DNA from: an uncultured Solirubrobacterales bacterium
Lineage (GTDB): Bacteria; Actinomycetota; Thermoleophilia; Solirubrobacterales; 70-9
NCBI GenBank assembly: GCA_963774305.1
Contig: CAVZEM010000007.1
Span: forward strand, 93,231-157,230
Direction: 5' to 3'
Length of the DNA: 64,000 bases
Shown here: positions 1 to 9,701 of the stretch, piece after piece
Layout: each line of letters opens with the position of its first letter
Position numbering within the stretch: the first letter of the stretch is position 1
The notes under the pieces: generated by a model
Told to the model about the DNA's origin: nothing
Database searches by the model: none
The model's input: only the letters and a program-made list of their open reading frames with translations
Translations under genes and position numbers: made by a program

Positions 1-916
1 CGCCACGAACGACGCGTTCCTCGCGATCGACCTGGGCCCGATCACCTTCCAGCCGACCGAGCTGGCCAAGATCTGCATCGTCATCTTCCTCGCCAGCTAC
101 CTGAACGAGCGCCGCGAGGTCCTGGTGGTCGGGGCCCGGAGGTTCATGGGGCTGGTACTGCCGCCGCTCAAGCATCTGGGTCCGCTGCTGGTCGTCTGGG
201 GGGCGGCGATGGTCCTGCTCGTCTTCATTCGCGATCTGGGCAGTTCGGTGATGTTCTTCGGCGCCTTCCTGGCGCTGATCTACGTGGCGACGTCCCGGAT
301 CTCGTTCGTGCTCATCGGGCTGTTGATGTTCGTCGCCGGCGCCTGGTTCTTCGCCCATACGTCGGCGCACATCCAGCAGCGTTTCGACATCTGGCTTGAC
401 CCCTTCCACGACTCGAGCGGCACCGGCTATCAGCTCTCGCAGTCGATCTTCGCCCAGGCGGACGGCGGGCTCTTCGGCCGGGGGCTCGGCGACTCGCTGG
501 TGCAGCTGCCGGCCTGCCACGGAGGCTTTCCGGACAGGTGCGCGATTCTGCCCGCGCCCCATACCGACTTCATCTACGCCGTGATCGTCGATGAGCTCGG
601 GCTGTTCGGCGGCGCCGCGGTGGTGCTGATCTACGCGCTGATCGCCGAGCGCGGCTTCAAGACCGCCATCCTGGCTGAGGACGGTTTCTCGAAGCTGCTC
701 GCCACCGGCCTGACGACGATCCTCGCCCTCCAGGCCTTCGTGATCATCGGCGGGGTCACCCGGGTGATCCCGCTGACAGGAGTCACCCTGCCCTTCATCA
801 GCTACGGCGGCAGCTCGATCGTCGCGAACTTCGTTCTCTTAGCGCTGCTGCTGATGGTCTCCGACAGGTCCCGCCGGCGGGTCCGGCTGCAGAGCGAGGC
901 GGGGATGGCCGAGTGA
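1..916 (+). CDS. rodA: FtsW/RodA (SEDS) family cell-wall polymerase, 5' partial (frame continues from position 2)
   Basis: Translation from nt 2 reads ...FQPTELAKICIVIFLASYLNERREV... continuous with ORF 125..916. It is multi-TM with PFISYGGSS near the C-terminus and lies upstream of pbpA-pknB, as in the actinobacterial cluster. Confidence 0.85.
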   Translation, partial: ATNDAFLAIDLGPITFQPTELAKICIVIFLASYLNERREVLVVGARRFMGLVLPPLKHLGPLLVVWGAAMVLLVFIRDLGSSVMFFGAFLALIYVATSRISFVLIGLLMFVAGAWFFAHTSAHIQQRFDIWLDPFHDSSGTGYQLSQSIFAQADGGLFGRGLGDSLVQLPACHGGFPDRCAILPAPHTDFIYAVIVDELGLFGGAAVVLIYALIAERGFKTAILAEDGFSKLLATGLTTILALQAFVIIGGVTRVIPLTGVTLPFISYGGSSIVANFVLLALLLMVSDRSRRRVRLQSEAGMAE

Positions 917-2346
917 ACCGGCAAATCGTCAAGCTCTTCGGCCTCATCCTGGTGCTCTACGCACTGCTCTTCGGTTTCACCTCCTACTGGTCGGTCTTGG
1001 ATTCGAGCTCGCTGAAGGCGAACACGGCCAATCGCCGGCCTCTGCTCGAGGAGCAGAGGATCAAGCGCGGTGACATCCTCGCCGACGACGGAACCGTGAT
1101 CGCCCACTCGAGGCCGGTCGGCAAGGGCAACAACAAGATTTACGTGCGCCACTACCCGCTGGGCTCGCTCTTCGGGAACCCGATCGGCTACAGCTTCGTG
1201 GACCGCGGCAGGGTCGGTTTCGAGCTCTCGCACAACGACGAGCTGGTGGGGAACAAGACCGAGTTCCTCTCCGTTCTGGACGAGCTCCAGGGCCACGCCC
1301 AGGAGGGCGACAAGGTGCAATCCGCGCTCAACCCGGCCGCTCAGAGGGCCGCCGTGGATGGGCTGGCGGGCCGCCGGGGCTCGGTGGTGGCGATGGTTCC
1401 GTCGACCGGCGAGATCAAGGCGATGGTGAGCATCCCCGAGTACGACCCGAATTCCGTCGAGAACTCGAACACATTCAAGAGGCTCAACTCCGAGACCAGC
1501 GCACCTCTCTTCAACCGGGCGACGCAGGCCGGATACCCGCCGGGCTCGACCATGAAGGTGGTGACGGCGACCGCCGCCCTCGACAGCGGCAAGTTCACCC
1601 CGGACTCCGTGCTCAGCGGGCGGTCTCCGATCGCGATTGAGGGTGTGCCGCTCGCGAACTCCGGTGGCGAGCAGTTCGGCGACATCCCGATGACCACCGC
1701 CCTGACCAACTCCGTCAACACCTGGTGGGCCCAGGCGGGGGAGAAGCTCGGCAACGACACGATGTTCAAGTACATGGATCGCTACGGCTTCAACGCCAAG
1801 CCCCGACTCGACTATCCCGGCTTTCAGCTCGCGGCCAGCGGGGTCTACGACGGCAACAAGCTGCTCGGCCCCAACGACACGATCGACATCGGGCGTGTCG
1901 CGATCGGCCAGGAGCGCCTCCGGGTGACGCCCCTGCAGATGGCCGAGGTCGCCGCCACCGTCGGCAACAAGGGCGAGCTGATGGAGCCGCGGCTCTGGTC
2001 GAAGGTGATCGATCCCGACGGGCGGGAGACGAAGCTCGATCCCGCCCACCAGAGCCGGGTGATGAGCGAGGACACGGCCTCGGAGCTCAACGACATGATG
2101 CAGGACGTTGTTTCGGAGGGAACCGGGACCGCCGCGGCTGTCTCGGGCATCGACGTGGCGGGCAAGACCGGCACGGCGGAGATCTCGCCTGGCGTCAATG
2201 ACGCCTGGTTCATCGGCTTCGCCCCGGCCGATGATCCGAAGATCGCGATCGCCTGCATCGTGGAGCACACCAGCGGCTTCGGCGGACCGACCTGCGGGCC
2301 GATCTTCAAGGCGGTCGCGGAGAGCCTGCTCGGGAGTGGCGCCTGA
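913..2346 (+). CDS. pbpA: Class B penicillin-binding protein (PBP2/PbpA-type transpeptidase)
   Basis: SxxK (STMKV), SxN (NSVN) and KTG (KTGTAE) motifs and an N-terminal TM segment. GTGA overlap with the rodA stop. Confidence 0.9.
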   Translation: MNRQIVKLFGLILVLYALLFGFTSYWSVLDSSSLKANTANRRPLLEEQRIKRGDILADDGTVIAHSRPVGKGNNKIYVRHYPLGSLFGNPIGYSFVDRGRVGFELSHNDELVGNKTEFLSVLDELQGHAQEGDKVQSALNPAAQRAAVDGLAGRRGSVVAMVPSTGEIKAMVSIPEYDPNSVENSNTFKRLNSETSAPLFNRATQAGYPPGSTMKVVTATAALDSGKFTPDSVLSGRSPIAIEGVPLANSGGEQFGDIPMTTALTNSVNTWWAQAGEKLGNDTMFKYMDRYGFNAKPRLDYPGFQLAASGVYDGNKLLGPNDTIDIGRVAIGQERLRVTPLQMAEVAATVGNKGELMEPRLWSKVIDPDGRETKLDPAHQSRVMSEDTASELNDMMQDVVSEGTGTAAAVSGIDVAGKTGTAEISPGVNDAWFIGFAPADDPKIAIACIVEHTSGFGGPTCGPIFKAVAESLLGSGA

Positions 2347-4196
2347 TGGCCACCCCCCGCAAGGGCACCATGATCGACGATCGCTACCGCATCGATCGGA
2401 AGATCGGCTCGGGCGGGATGGCGGACGTCTGGCTCGCGGAGGACACCGAGCTCGACCGCGAGGTCGCGATCAAGATCCTCCACGACCGCTTCGCGCAGGA
2501 CACGGAGTTCGTACAGCGCTTCCAGCGCGAGGCCCAGTCGGCGGCTGGTCTCCAGCACCCGAACGTGGTTGGCGTCTTCGACCGCGGCTCCTACCGCGAC
2601 ACCTACTTCATCGCCATGGAGTACGTCGACGGCCCGTCCCTGAAGGACCTGGTCAAGGGTGGGATGGGGACCAAGGACGCGATCAACTTCACCCGCCAGA
2701 TCCTCAACGCCGCCCGCTTCGCCCACCGAAAGGGGATCATCCACCGCGACCTGAAGCCACAGAACGTGCTGATCGACGACGAGGGCAGGGCCCGCGTCGC
2801 CGACTTCGGCATCGCCCGTGGCGGTGAGAACTCCGACATCACCGCCACCGGGTCCGTGATGGGAACTGCCCAGTACCTCTCCCCGGAGCAGGCCCAGGGC
2901 AAGCCGACCACGCCGCGCTCGGACATCTACTCGATCGGGGTGATCCTCTACGAGGCCCTCACCGGCCGGGTTCCGTTCGAGGGCGACAGCGCCGTGGCGG
3001 TTGCGCTCAAACAGGTCTCCGAGACGCCACGCAGGCCGAGCGCGATCAATCCCGACATCCCGCCGGCCCTGGACGCCGTCGTCATGCGTGCCCTCGCGAA
3101 GGACCCGGAGGCGCGCTTCAAGGACGCCGACGCCTTCCTGCGCGCGCTCGATGCCGCCGAGCGGGCCCCCGACAAGCCACGCCCCCAGGACACGGCCGCC
3201 TTCGCCGCCGTCTCCCCCGAGGGCGAGACCGACATCCCAGGCGACGACGAGGACGAGGACTACGAGGACTACGACGCGGATCGCCGCCGTCGGCGGCGGC
3301 GCTGGCTCGTGATCGCGCTGCTTGCCTGCGGTGTCGCGGCCCTGGTCGCATATGCACTGACCCGGTCCTCGCAGGTCGGCATTCCCGATGTGATCGGCAA
3401 GAACTCCGACCAGGCCAGCCAGATCCTCGACAGCGCGGGCTTCAAGGTGGCGATCAAGGCGGTGCCCAGCGCGGCGCCGAGGGACCAGGTCGTCGAACAG
3501 GACCCGATCCCGACTGATCGCGGCGGGGGCAAGGCCGAGGAGGGCTCCACGGTGACCCTGAGCGTCAGCTCCGGCCCGGCGATCCGCGCGGTGCCCTCGG
3601 TCGTCGGCCTGAGTGAGGCCGACGCCACAAAACGCCTGGAACACGCCGGTTTCAAGGTGACGACGATGCAGCAGTTCTCGAAGTCGGTCCCCCGGGGTCA
3701 GGTGATCGGGACGTCTCCGCCGGCCGGTACACAGCTCTCGACCCTGCAGCCCGTGACGCTGCTGGTCTCGCGCGGTGCGAACACCGTGCTGGTCCCGAAC
3801 GTGGTCGGCCTCAACGATCAGGCCGCCCTCGCCGCGCTCTCCAACGCGGGCCTGTCGGGCACCGAGGTGCAGAAGGACTCCACGGAGCCCCAGGGCAAGG
3901 TGCTGAGCCAGAGCCCCGGAGCGGGCAAGCGCGTGGGGCGCGGGTCGCAGGTGACGATCTTCGCCTCGACCGGGGCGATCACGGTCCCGGACGTCACCGG
4001 CCTGCTGCGCAAGGATGCCGTCAACACCCTGAAGAAGGCGGGCTTCACCGTGGCGGTGACCGAGCAGACCACCACCGACCCCAACGAGGTCGGCTTTGTG
4101 ATCTCCGAGTTCCCGCCCGGCGGCTCCCGCGGCCAGCGGGGCGACACCGTGACGATCTCGGTCGGCGTCAGCTCGCCGACGGCGACGACCCCATGA
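2346..4196 (+). CDS. pknB: Ser/Thr protein kinase with TM segment and C-terminal PASTA repeats
   Basis: Hanks kinase motifs (GSGGMADVW, HRDLKPQN, DFGIA, SPEQ), a TM helix (WLVIALLACGVAALVAYAL), then repeated PASTA-like units (VPDVIGK..., VPSVVGL..., VPNVVGL..., VPDVTGL...). TGATG overlap with pbpA. Confidence 0.92.
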   Translation: MATPRKGTMIDDRYRIDRKIGSGGMADVWLAEDTELDREVAIKILHDRFAQDTEFVQRFQREAQSAAGLQHPNVVGVFDRGSYRDTYFIAMEYVDGPSLKDLVKGGMGTKDAINFTRQILNAARFAHRKGIIHRDLKPQNVLIDDEGRARVADFGIARGGENSDITATGSVMGTAQYLSPEQAQGKPTTPRSDIYSIGVILYEALTGRVPFEGDSAVAVALKQVSETPRRPSAINPDIPPALDAVVMRALAKDPEARFKDADAFLRALDAAERAPDKPRPQDTAAFAAVSPEGETDIPGDDEDEDYEDYDADRRRRRRRWLVIALLACGVAALVAYALTRSSQVGIPDVIGKNSDQASQILDSAGFKVAIKAVPSAAPRDQVVEQDPIPTDRGGGKAEEGSTVTLSVSSGPAIRAVPSVVGLSEADATKRLEHAGFKVTTMQQFSKSVPRGQVIGTSPPAGTQLSTLQPVTLLVSRGANTVLVPNVVGLNDQAALAALSNAGLSGTEVQKDSTEPQGKVLSQSPGAGKRVGRGSQVTIFASTGAITVPDVTGLLRKDAVNTLKKAGFTVAVTEQTTTDPNEVGFVISEFPPGGSRGQRGDTVTISVGVSSPTATTP

Positions 4197-5158
4197 AGGT
4201 TGCGGTTCTAGGCGGCGGGATCTCGAGCGAGCATGAGGTGTCGCTGCGCTCGGCGGCCTCGGTCGCCGCTGGTCTCCGGGAGGCGGGCCACGAGACCGTC
4301 GAGGTGACCATCGACCGCGAGGGACGCTGGACGACCGACGGCGAGGCGGTCAGCTTCAGTCCGGCCGGGGGCCTCCTGGACTGCGACGTCGCGTTCCCGG
4401 TCCTGCATGGCCCCGGGGGAGAGGACGGCAGCGTTCAGGGGCTGCTGCAGGTCCTCGCCGTCCCCTACGCGGGCTCCGACGTGGAGGCCTCGGCGATCTG
4501 CATGGACAAGCTCGTCTTCAAGGACCTGCTCGCCCGGCACGGCATCCCGCAGGTCGAGTACTGCCGGGCTGGGGAGGCCGACTGGAAGGCGATCGCCTCG
4601 GGATTCGGCCAGCCGGTCTGGGTGAAGCCCGCGCGGCTCGGCTCCAGTGTGGGGATCGCACCCGCCTCCGGTGAGGAGGAGCTCGACCGCGCCGTCGAGC
4701 AGGCGGGCCGCCACGACCCGCGCGTGATCGTGGAGGCGCCCGCGCCGGGCAAGGAGGTCGAGTGCTCGCTGCTCGGCAACGAGGAGCCGATCGCCTCACC
4801 GCCGGGCGAGATCGATACCAAGGGGCACGATTGGTACGACTACGAAGCCAAGTATGCGGAGGGCGGGATGGAGCTGGTGGTCCCGGCGCGCATCTCCGAT
4901 CAGGCGACGGAGCGCCTTCGCGGGCTCGCCAGGGAGGTGTTCACCCTCTGCGGGTGCAGTGGCCTCGCGCGCTGCGACTTCTTCGTCGACGGCGACGTGG
5001 TGCTCGTCAACGAGCTCAACACGATCCCCGGCTTCACCGAGACCAGCGTCTACGGCAAGCTCTTCGAGGCGGACGGGATCTCCTATCCCGAGCTCTGCGA
5101 CCGGCTCGTGAAGCTGGCGTTCGAGCGCCACGAGAGGGCGCGCTCGTACGAGTTCTAG
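4193..5158 (+). CDS. ddl: D-alanine--D-alanine ligase
   Basis: MKVAVLGGGISSEHEVSLRSA N-terminus, ATP-grasp core and C-terminal NELNTIPGFT motif. ATGA overlap with the pknB stop. Confidence 0.92.
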   Translation: MKVAVLGGGISSEHEVSLRSAASVAAGLREAGHETVEVTIDREGRWTTDGEAVSFSPAGGLLDCDVAFPVLHGPGGEDGSVQGLLQVLAVPYAGSDVEASAICMDKLVFKDLLARHGIPQVEYCRAGEADWKAIASGFGQPVWVKPARLGSSVGIAPASGEEELDRAVEQAGRHDPRVIVEAPAPGKEVECSLLGNEEPIASPPGEIDTKGHDWYDYEAKYAEGGMELVVPARISDQATERLRGLAREVFTLCGCSGLARCDFFVDGDVVLVNELNTIPGFTETSVYGKLFEADGISYPELCDRLVKLAFERHERARSYEF

Positions 5159-5283
5159 CGGCCACCAGGCCGTTCCACTTGACCAAACGGGTCGCGCTTA
5201 CGCGCGCCCTCGCATCAAGGGCGAAGCCCGTAGCGACTTCTAGAAGGCGGCCGCTTGTGGCCGCGACCTGATGGCGAAGCCGT
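5158..5283 (-). repeat. Composite intergenic repeat: R2 element (reverse orientation) with an R1 30-nt hairpin (5185..5214) nested in it
   Basis: Its reverse complement aligns end to end with the R2 copies at 12398, 24666 and 28050. The third stem-loop is replaced by AAACGGGTCGCGCTTACGCGCGCCCTCGCA. It exactly fills the gap between the ddl TAG and the kinase TGA. Confidence 0.85.
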
Positions 5284-6770
5284 CAGGCATTACTTAAGAG
5301 TCTCACGTCGCTGATTTCCATCTGGTACCGCCCGGGATCGTCCTTGGCGTGGGGCGGCTTGGTGATCCAGATCAGGAACGACTGGGCGGGCTTGCCGGGA
5401 AGGCGGACCGTCTCGTTGCCGCCGCCGTCGGTGACGGTTGCAACCGGCTGACCCCAGCCGAAGAGGTCGCTGGGCGGCGAGCCGTCCGACTCGTAGATCT
5501 GGGCGTCCCAGCCGGGGGTGGGGCTCCTGATCTCGATCGACGTGGCGGTCACCGCGTTCCCGGCATCGATCGCGAGGCCCACGCCGTCCTTGAGGCCCCC
5601 GAAGTCCTGCGTGTCGTAGTGCTCGGTCGTCCAGGCGGTCCCCGTCGGGTTGGAGTCGACCGCGAGCCGCTGGGTCCCGGTCTCCCGGCCGTCGGCCTCC
5701 GGATCGAACTCGCTGGCGGCGTCGGTCGGCAGCCTGATCTCTTTGCTGCCGCCACTGGATGGGCTGTTGTTGCCGATCTGCTCGCCACCGAAGATCACGG
5801 CGGCCGCGATCAGGGCGATTCCGACGAGCCCCATCACGATCCCCAGCCATGGCCGGCGCCCGCCGCCGAGGCGGCGGCGAGCCTTGGGCACGGAATCGAG
5901 GACGCTGGTCGCTTCGCCGCTGGTGCCCCCGCGGCGCGCCGCCTCGACCTCGAGGGTCTGCTCCAGGTCGCGGACCATCTCGGCGACGGTGCTGTAACGG
6001 TCGCGCGGGTCCTTGGTGGTCGCCCGGTCGACGACTGAGGCGACGACGGCGGACACGTCCGGCCGCTTCGCCTGGACGTCGGGCATCGGCTCGTTGACGT
6101 GCTTCATTGCCACCCCGACCTGCGTCTCGGCCTGGAAGGGGACGTCTCCGGTGAGCATCTCGTAGAGGACGACACCCAGCGAGTAGACGTCGGAGCGCTC
6201 GTCGACATCCTCACCCATCGCCTGCTCGGGGGATACGTAGTCGGTCGTGCCCAGCACCCGGCCGGTCGCGGTCATCCCCTTCTGCTCCAGCGACCGCGCG
6301 ATGCCGAAGTCGGTCACCTTCGCCCGCCCGTCGGGGTCGATCAGCACGTTCTGCGGCTTCACGTCCCGGTGGACGAGCTTGCGCGCATGGGCGGCCGTCA
6401 GGCCGCGCCCGATCTCGATGGCGTAGGCGACCGCCTCGTCGACCGGCAGGGGGCCCTCCTCCTGGATCTGGCGCTTCAGGGTGCGGCCGTCGATGTACTC
6501 GAAGACGATGTAGGGGCGGCCGTCGTCCTCACCCGCGTCGATGACACCGACCAGGTTGGGATGCGAGAGCCGCGCCGCCGCCCTGGCCTCGCGGCGGAAG
6601 CGCTCGAGCTGGTCGGCCTCGTCGGAGATCTCGCGATGGAGCAGCTTGACCGCCACCGGGCGGTCGAGCACCTCGTCGAGCGCCAGGTAGACGGTCGACA
6701 TGCCGCCCGAGCCCAGCTTCGACTCGAGCCGGTAGCGGCCCGAGAGTACGGTGGAGCTCAAACGTTCCAA
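5283..6770 (-). CDS. Ser/Thr protein kinase with TM segment and extracellular C-terminal beta-rich (carbohydrate-binding-like) domain
   Basis: GSGGMSTVYLA, HRDVKPQN, DFGIA and SPEQ motifs; TM segment WLGIVMGLVGIALIAAAVIF. I do not recognise the C-terminal domain precisely. Confidence 0.85.
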   Translation of the reverse strand: MERLSSTVLSGRYRLESKLGSGGMSTVYLALDEVLDRPVAVKLLHREISDEADQLERFRREARAAARLSHPNLVGVIDAGEDDGRPYIVFEYIDGRTLKRQIQEEGPLPVDEAVAYAIEIGRGLTAAHARKLVHRDVKPQNVLIDPDGRAKVTDFGIARSLEQKGMTATGRVLGTTDYVSPEQAMGEDVDERSDVYSLGVVLYEMLTGDVPFQAETQVGVAMKHVNEPMPDVQAKRPDVSAVVASVVDRATTKDPRDRYSTVAEMVRDLEQTLEVEAARRGGTSGEATSVLDSVPKARRRLGGGRRPWLGIVMGLVGIALIAAAVIFGGEQIGNNSPSSGGSKEIRLPTDAASEFDPEADGRETGTQRLAVDSNPTGTAWTTEHYDTQDFGGLKDGVGLAIDAGNAVTATSIEIRSPTPGWDAQIYESDGSPPSDLFGWGQPVATVTDGGGNETVRLPGKPAQSFLIWITKPPHAKDDPGRYQMEISDVRLLSNA

Positions 6771-6800
6771 TTGATTTGCCTTTGCATCGCGCTGTATTTT
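6771..6800 (+). promoter_or_regulatory. Putative sigma-70-like promoter (TTGATT-18 nt-TATTTT) for the DsbA-like gene
   Basis: An AT-rich hexamer pair in an otherwise GC-rich divergent intergenic region. Pattern match only. Confidence 0.25.
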
Positions 6801-6843
6801 CGCCCTCTGCCGTCCCCGCCGCTGAGAGCTTGCACCCGAACGA

Positions 6844-7728
6844 ATGATGACTGTCCAAGTCCGCTTCTACACCGATCCCGCCTGTCCCTGGTCCTGGGCC
6901 GCCGAGCCCGCCCTGCGGAGGCTGATGTGGGAGTTCGAGGGAGAGCTCGAATTCGTCTGGGTGATGGGAGGGCTGGCCCGCCGCTACGGGCGTGAGTACC
7001 GCGACGACGAGGGCCGGATCGGCCACGGTCCCGACTGCCACGCCGATCTGATCTCGCATTGGCTCGTGGTCGCCGCCGACGGGCTGATGCCGACCGATCC
7101 CAGGATCTGGACTGAGAGCCCACTCACCTCGACGTACCCGGCCTGCCAGGCCGTAAAGGCCGCCTCCGAGCAGGGCTGGGAGGCCGGCTACCGCTATCTG
7201 CGCCGCATCCGCGAGGGGATCATGTTCGAGCGCCGCAAGCTCGACCATCCGGAAGCGCTGTTGGCCGCAGCTCGTGGCACTGGCCTCGATCGCCCGCGTT
7301 TCGAGATCGACCTCTTCTCCGAGGCGATCACGGAGGCCTTCGCCGCCGACCTCGACGAGGTCCGCGGTCCGCCCGATGCGGCGCGCGAGGCCGCGGCGGT
7401 GCGCAAGACCGAGGGAAGAGAGCGGATCAGCTTCCCGTCGGCCGTGTTCGTCGCGGATGACGGATCACAGCACGGCGTCTGGGCCATCGCCCGCTCACAT
7501 CCCGCCCTGCGGGACGCGGCGCTGGCGGCGGGCGCCAAACAGCGCAATGAAGGAGTCTTGGAGCCGGCGGATGCGATCCGCCGCTTCGGCCGCTGTGCGA
7601 CGCGGGAGCTGGAGGTGCTGGCCGAGAAGCCCTTGCCGGTGCTCGAGGCAGAACTGTGGGGAATGGCGCGCGACTGGAAGCTGAAGCCGATCCGCGCCCT
7701 CACCGGGACGCTCTGGGAGCCCGCCTGA
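6844..7728 (+). CDS. DsbA-family thioredoxin-fold protein
   Basis: N-terminal FYTDPACPWSW (CxxS/C thioredoxin-fold motif). Size is typical for the DsbA/FrnE-like family. Confidence 0.7.
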   Translation: MMTVQVRFYTDPACPWSWAAEPALRRLMWEFEGELEFVWVMGGLARRYGREYRDDEGRIGHGPDCHADLISHWLVVAADGLMPTDPRIWTESPLTSTYPACQAVKAASEQGWEAGYRYLRRIREGIMFERRKLDHPEALLAAARGTGLDRPRFEIDLFSEAITEAFAADLDEVRGPPDAAREAAAVRKTEGRERISFPSAVFVADDGSQHGVWAIARSHPALRDAALAAGAKQRNEGVLEPADAIRRFGRCATRELEVLAEKPLPVLEAELWGMARDWKLKPIRALTGTLWEPA

Positions 7729-7737
7729 ACCACCCGG

Positions 7738-7777
7738 GTGTCGAGTTCTTTTCGGGCGTGCGAAAGGAACTCGACAC
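7738..7777. terminator. Bidirectional hairpin between convergent genes
   Basis: GTGTCGAGTTCTTTTC-gggcgtgc-GAAAGGAACTCGACAC forms a near-perfect 16-bp stem. It sits between the DsbA-like stop (7728) and the PurM-like stop (7786). Confidence 0.6.
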
Positions 7778-7785
7778 GCCGCCGC

Positions 7786-8784
7786 CTAAGGCCGCGTAAC
7801 GCCCGGTGGCCCCTCGATGGCGTGGCCAATGCGCTTTGCCGCCGGGTAATGGGCCTGCAGCCTCTTCATTGCCGGTGTTTCATCGTCCGCCGCCACCAGG
7901 ACGCAGAACCCGCACCCCATGTTGAAGACCTCGTGCATCTCGTCGTCAGAGACCTCGCCCAGCTCCTGGATGAGCTCGAAGATCGGTGGCACCGGCAGCG
8001 GATCGCCGATCTCGTAGGCCACGTCGGCCTCGAGGCGCAACAGGTTGTTGAGGCCGCCCGAGGTGATGTGGGCCAGGCCGCGGACATCCACGCCGGAGCG
8101 CAGCAGCTCCACGATCGGCTTCACGTAGATCTCTGTGGGCTCCAGCAGGACCTCGCCGAGCGGGCGGCCCAAGCGGTCGTCATCGAGCGGGATGTCGGCG
8201 AGGGCCGAGCGGGCCAGCGTGTAGCCGTTCGAGTGCAGGCCCGAGGAGGGCAGGCCGATCACGGGGTCGCCCGGTTCGATCGCGGCGCCCGTCACCAGGG
8301 AGTCCAGGCCGACCACCCCGAAGCAGGCGCCGGCCAGGTCGAGGCCGTTGATCAGCTCGCCGAGCTGGGCGAGCTCGCCGCCGACGATCTCGATGCCTGC
8401 CAGCTGGGCGCCCCTGCCCAGGCCGACGCCGATCGCCCCGGCGGTCTCGGGGTCCGCCCGGTCGACGGCGAGGTAATCCACCATCGCGAGCGGCTGGGCG
8501 CCGACGCAGACGACGTCGTTGACGTTCATCGCCACGCAGTCGATCCCGACCGTGTCCCAGCGGCCGAGCTGCTCGGCGAGCACGAGCTTCGTTCCGACGC
8601 CGTCGGTGCTCAGCGCGATCCCGGTCCGCTCGTCGAGGCGAACCACGTTGGCGTAGTGGCCGCTGGCGAGGACCTGACGACTCTCCGTGAGCGAGGAGGC
8701 GGCCAGGGCGGAGACGAGGGCCGCCACCGCGGCGTCGGCGTCGCCCTGACTCACTCCCGCCTTGGCGTAGGCGTCTTCGCTCAT
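7786..8784 (-). CDS. AIR-synthase (PurM)-superfamily protein, divergent
   Basis: From the ATG at 8784: MSEDAYAKAGVS...STDGVGTKLVLAE...GIDCVAMNVNDVVCVGAQP...GGELAQL...SSGLHSNGYTL. The rest of the 650-aa track ORF is an Arg-rich out-of-frame overlap of uppP. Confidence 0.75.
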   Translation of the reverse strand: MSEDAYAKAGVSQGDADAAVAALVSALAASSLTESRQVLASGHYANVVRLDERTGIALSTDGVGTKLVLAEQLGRWDTVGIDCVAMNVNDVVCVGAQPLAMVDYLAVDRADPETAGAIGVGLGRGAQLAGIEIVGGELAQLGELINGLDLAGACFGVVGLDSLVTGAAIEPGDPVIGLPSSGLHSNGYTLARSALADIPLDDDRLGRPLGEVLLEPTEIYVKPIVELLRSGVDVRGLAHITSGGLNNLLRLEADVAYEIGDPLPVPPIFELIQELGEVSDDEMHEVFNMGCGFCVLVAADDETPAMKRLQAHYPAAKRIGHAIEGPPGVTRP

Positions 8785-9701
8785 CCGGACCGCCTCTCGG
8801 GACCCGTGCGCGCCCCCGCCCAGCTGGGAGCGCCATTGCCCGCCGCGGCGCCGTTGCCGCTCGGTGTGGAGGCGACGCCGTCCGGTTTCAGGTAGACGCG
8901 CCGCGCCCGCCTGCGGCGCCAGAGGTTCGCGAGCACGCTTCCAGCCAGCCCGGCGCGATAGGCGGCGTAGGGCCAGAGGGCGCTGTCGCGCTCCACCAGC
9001 CGGATCAGCTCCTGGGAGGCGAGGGTCGACGCGAACGAGGTCGCCGTCCCGGCTGCGAAGCCGGCTCGTGCCTCGGGCGGCAGGCCGCGCCGCCGCAGGC
9101 GGATGCCCTTGAGGACGGCTGCTCCGACGATCACCGGCAGCGCGACGGTCCGGGAGAGCATGTTCGAATGCTGCCGCGTGAAGCCGCGCCAGCGGGCAGC
9201 CGTCAGGGTCGCCCCGTTGCGTGAGATGCCGGGAGCGAGGGCGGTGGCCTGGGCCAGCCCAAGCGCCAGCCCGTCCATCGCCGTGGCGCGACCCCGGTCG
9301 CGGACCTGTGGCCGGCGATCGGCGATCACCATCGCGGCCGCGCCGGCGAGCAGGCCGATCGCGGTGGGAACCGGTCCGCCCAGGTGTCGCTCGATCGGGC
9401 GCTCGAGGGCCACCCCGCAGACCACCGGAGGCAGGAACGAGAGGGCCAGCACGGTGGCCTTCCGACGGTCGAAGGAGCTCAGCTCCTCGGCGATCACACG
9501 CCGCTGTCCGATCAGCAGGGCCGCCGCGGCGCCGGCATGCAGGGCGACCTCGAAGCTCTTCTGCAGTTCGGGGTCGCGTCCGTCCTCGTCCCAGCCGGCG
9601 AGCCAGGGGATCAGGGTGAGATGGGCGGAGCTGGAGACCGGGAGAAGCTCGGTCGGCCCCTGCACGGCGCCGAGGACGATCGCCCTCGACCGCCTCATCA
9701 T
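8781..9701 (-). CDS. uppP: Undecaprenyl-diphosphate phosphatase
   Basis: GAVQGPTELLPVSSSAHL signature; multi-TM. ATGA overlap with the PurM-like start. Confidence 0.9.
   Translation of the reverse strand: MMRRSRAIVLGAVQGPTELLPVSSSAHLTLIPWLAGWDEDGRDPELQKSFEVALHAGAAAALLIGQRRVIAEELSSFDRRKATVLALSFLPPVVCGVALERPIERHLGGPVPTAIGLLAGAAAMVIADRRPQVRDRGRATAMDGLALGLAQATALAPGISRNGATLTAARWRGFTRQHSNMLSRTVALPVIVGAAVLKGIRLRRRGLPPEARAGFAAGTATSFASTLASQELIRLVERDSALWPYAAYRAGLAGSVLANLWRRRRARRVYLKPDGVASTPSGNGAAAGNGAPSWAGARTGPERRSG

Noticed and set aside
802-3644. Long antisense ORFs (802..2268 and 1845..3644, minus strand) opposite pbpA/pknB. Similar cases: 13753..15018, 20104..21447, 23321..24709, 44495..46114, 45628..46947, 26171..27568, 56404..57663
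   Set aside because: Each is opposite or out of frame to a gene with clear family motifs. Their translations are low-complexity R/G/P/A strings, as expected from stop-codon depletion in roughly 70% GC DNA.
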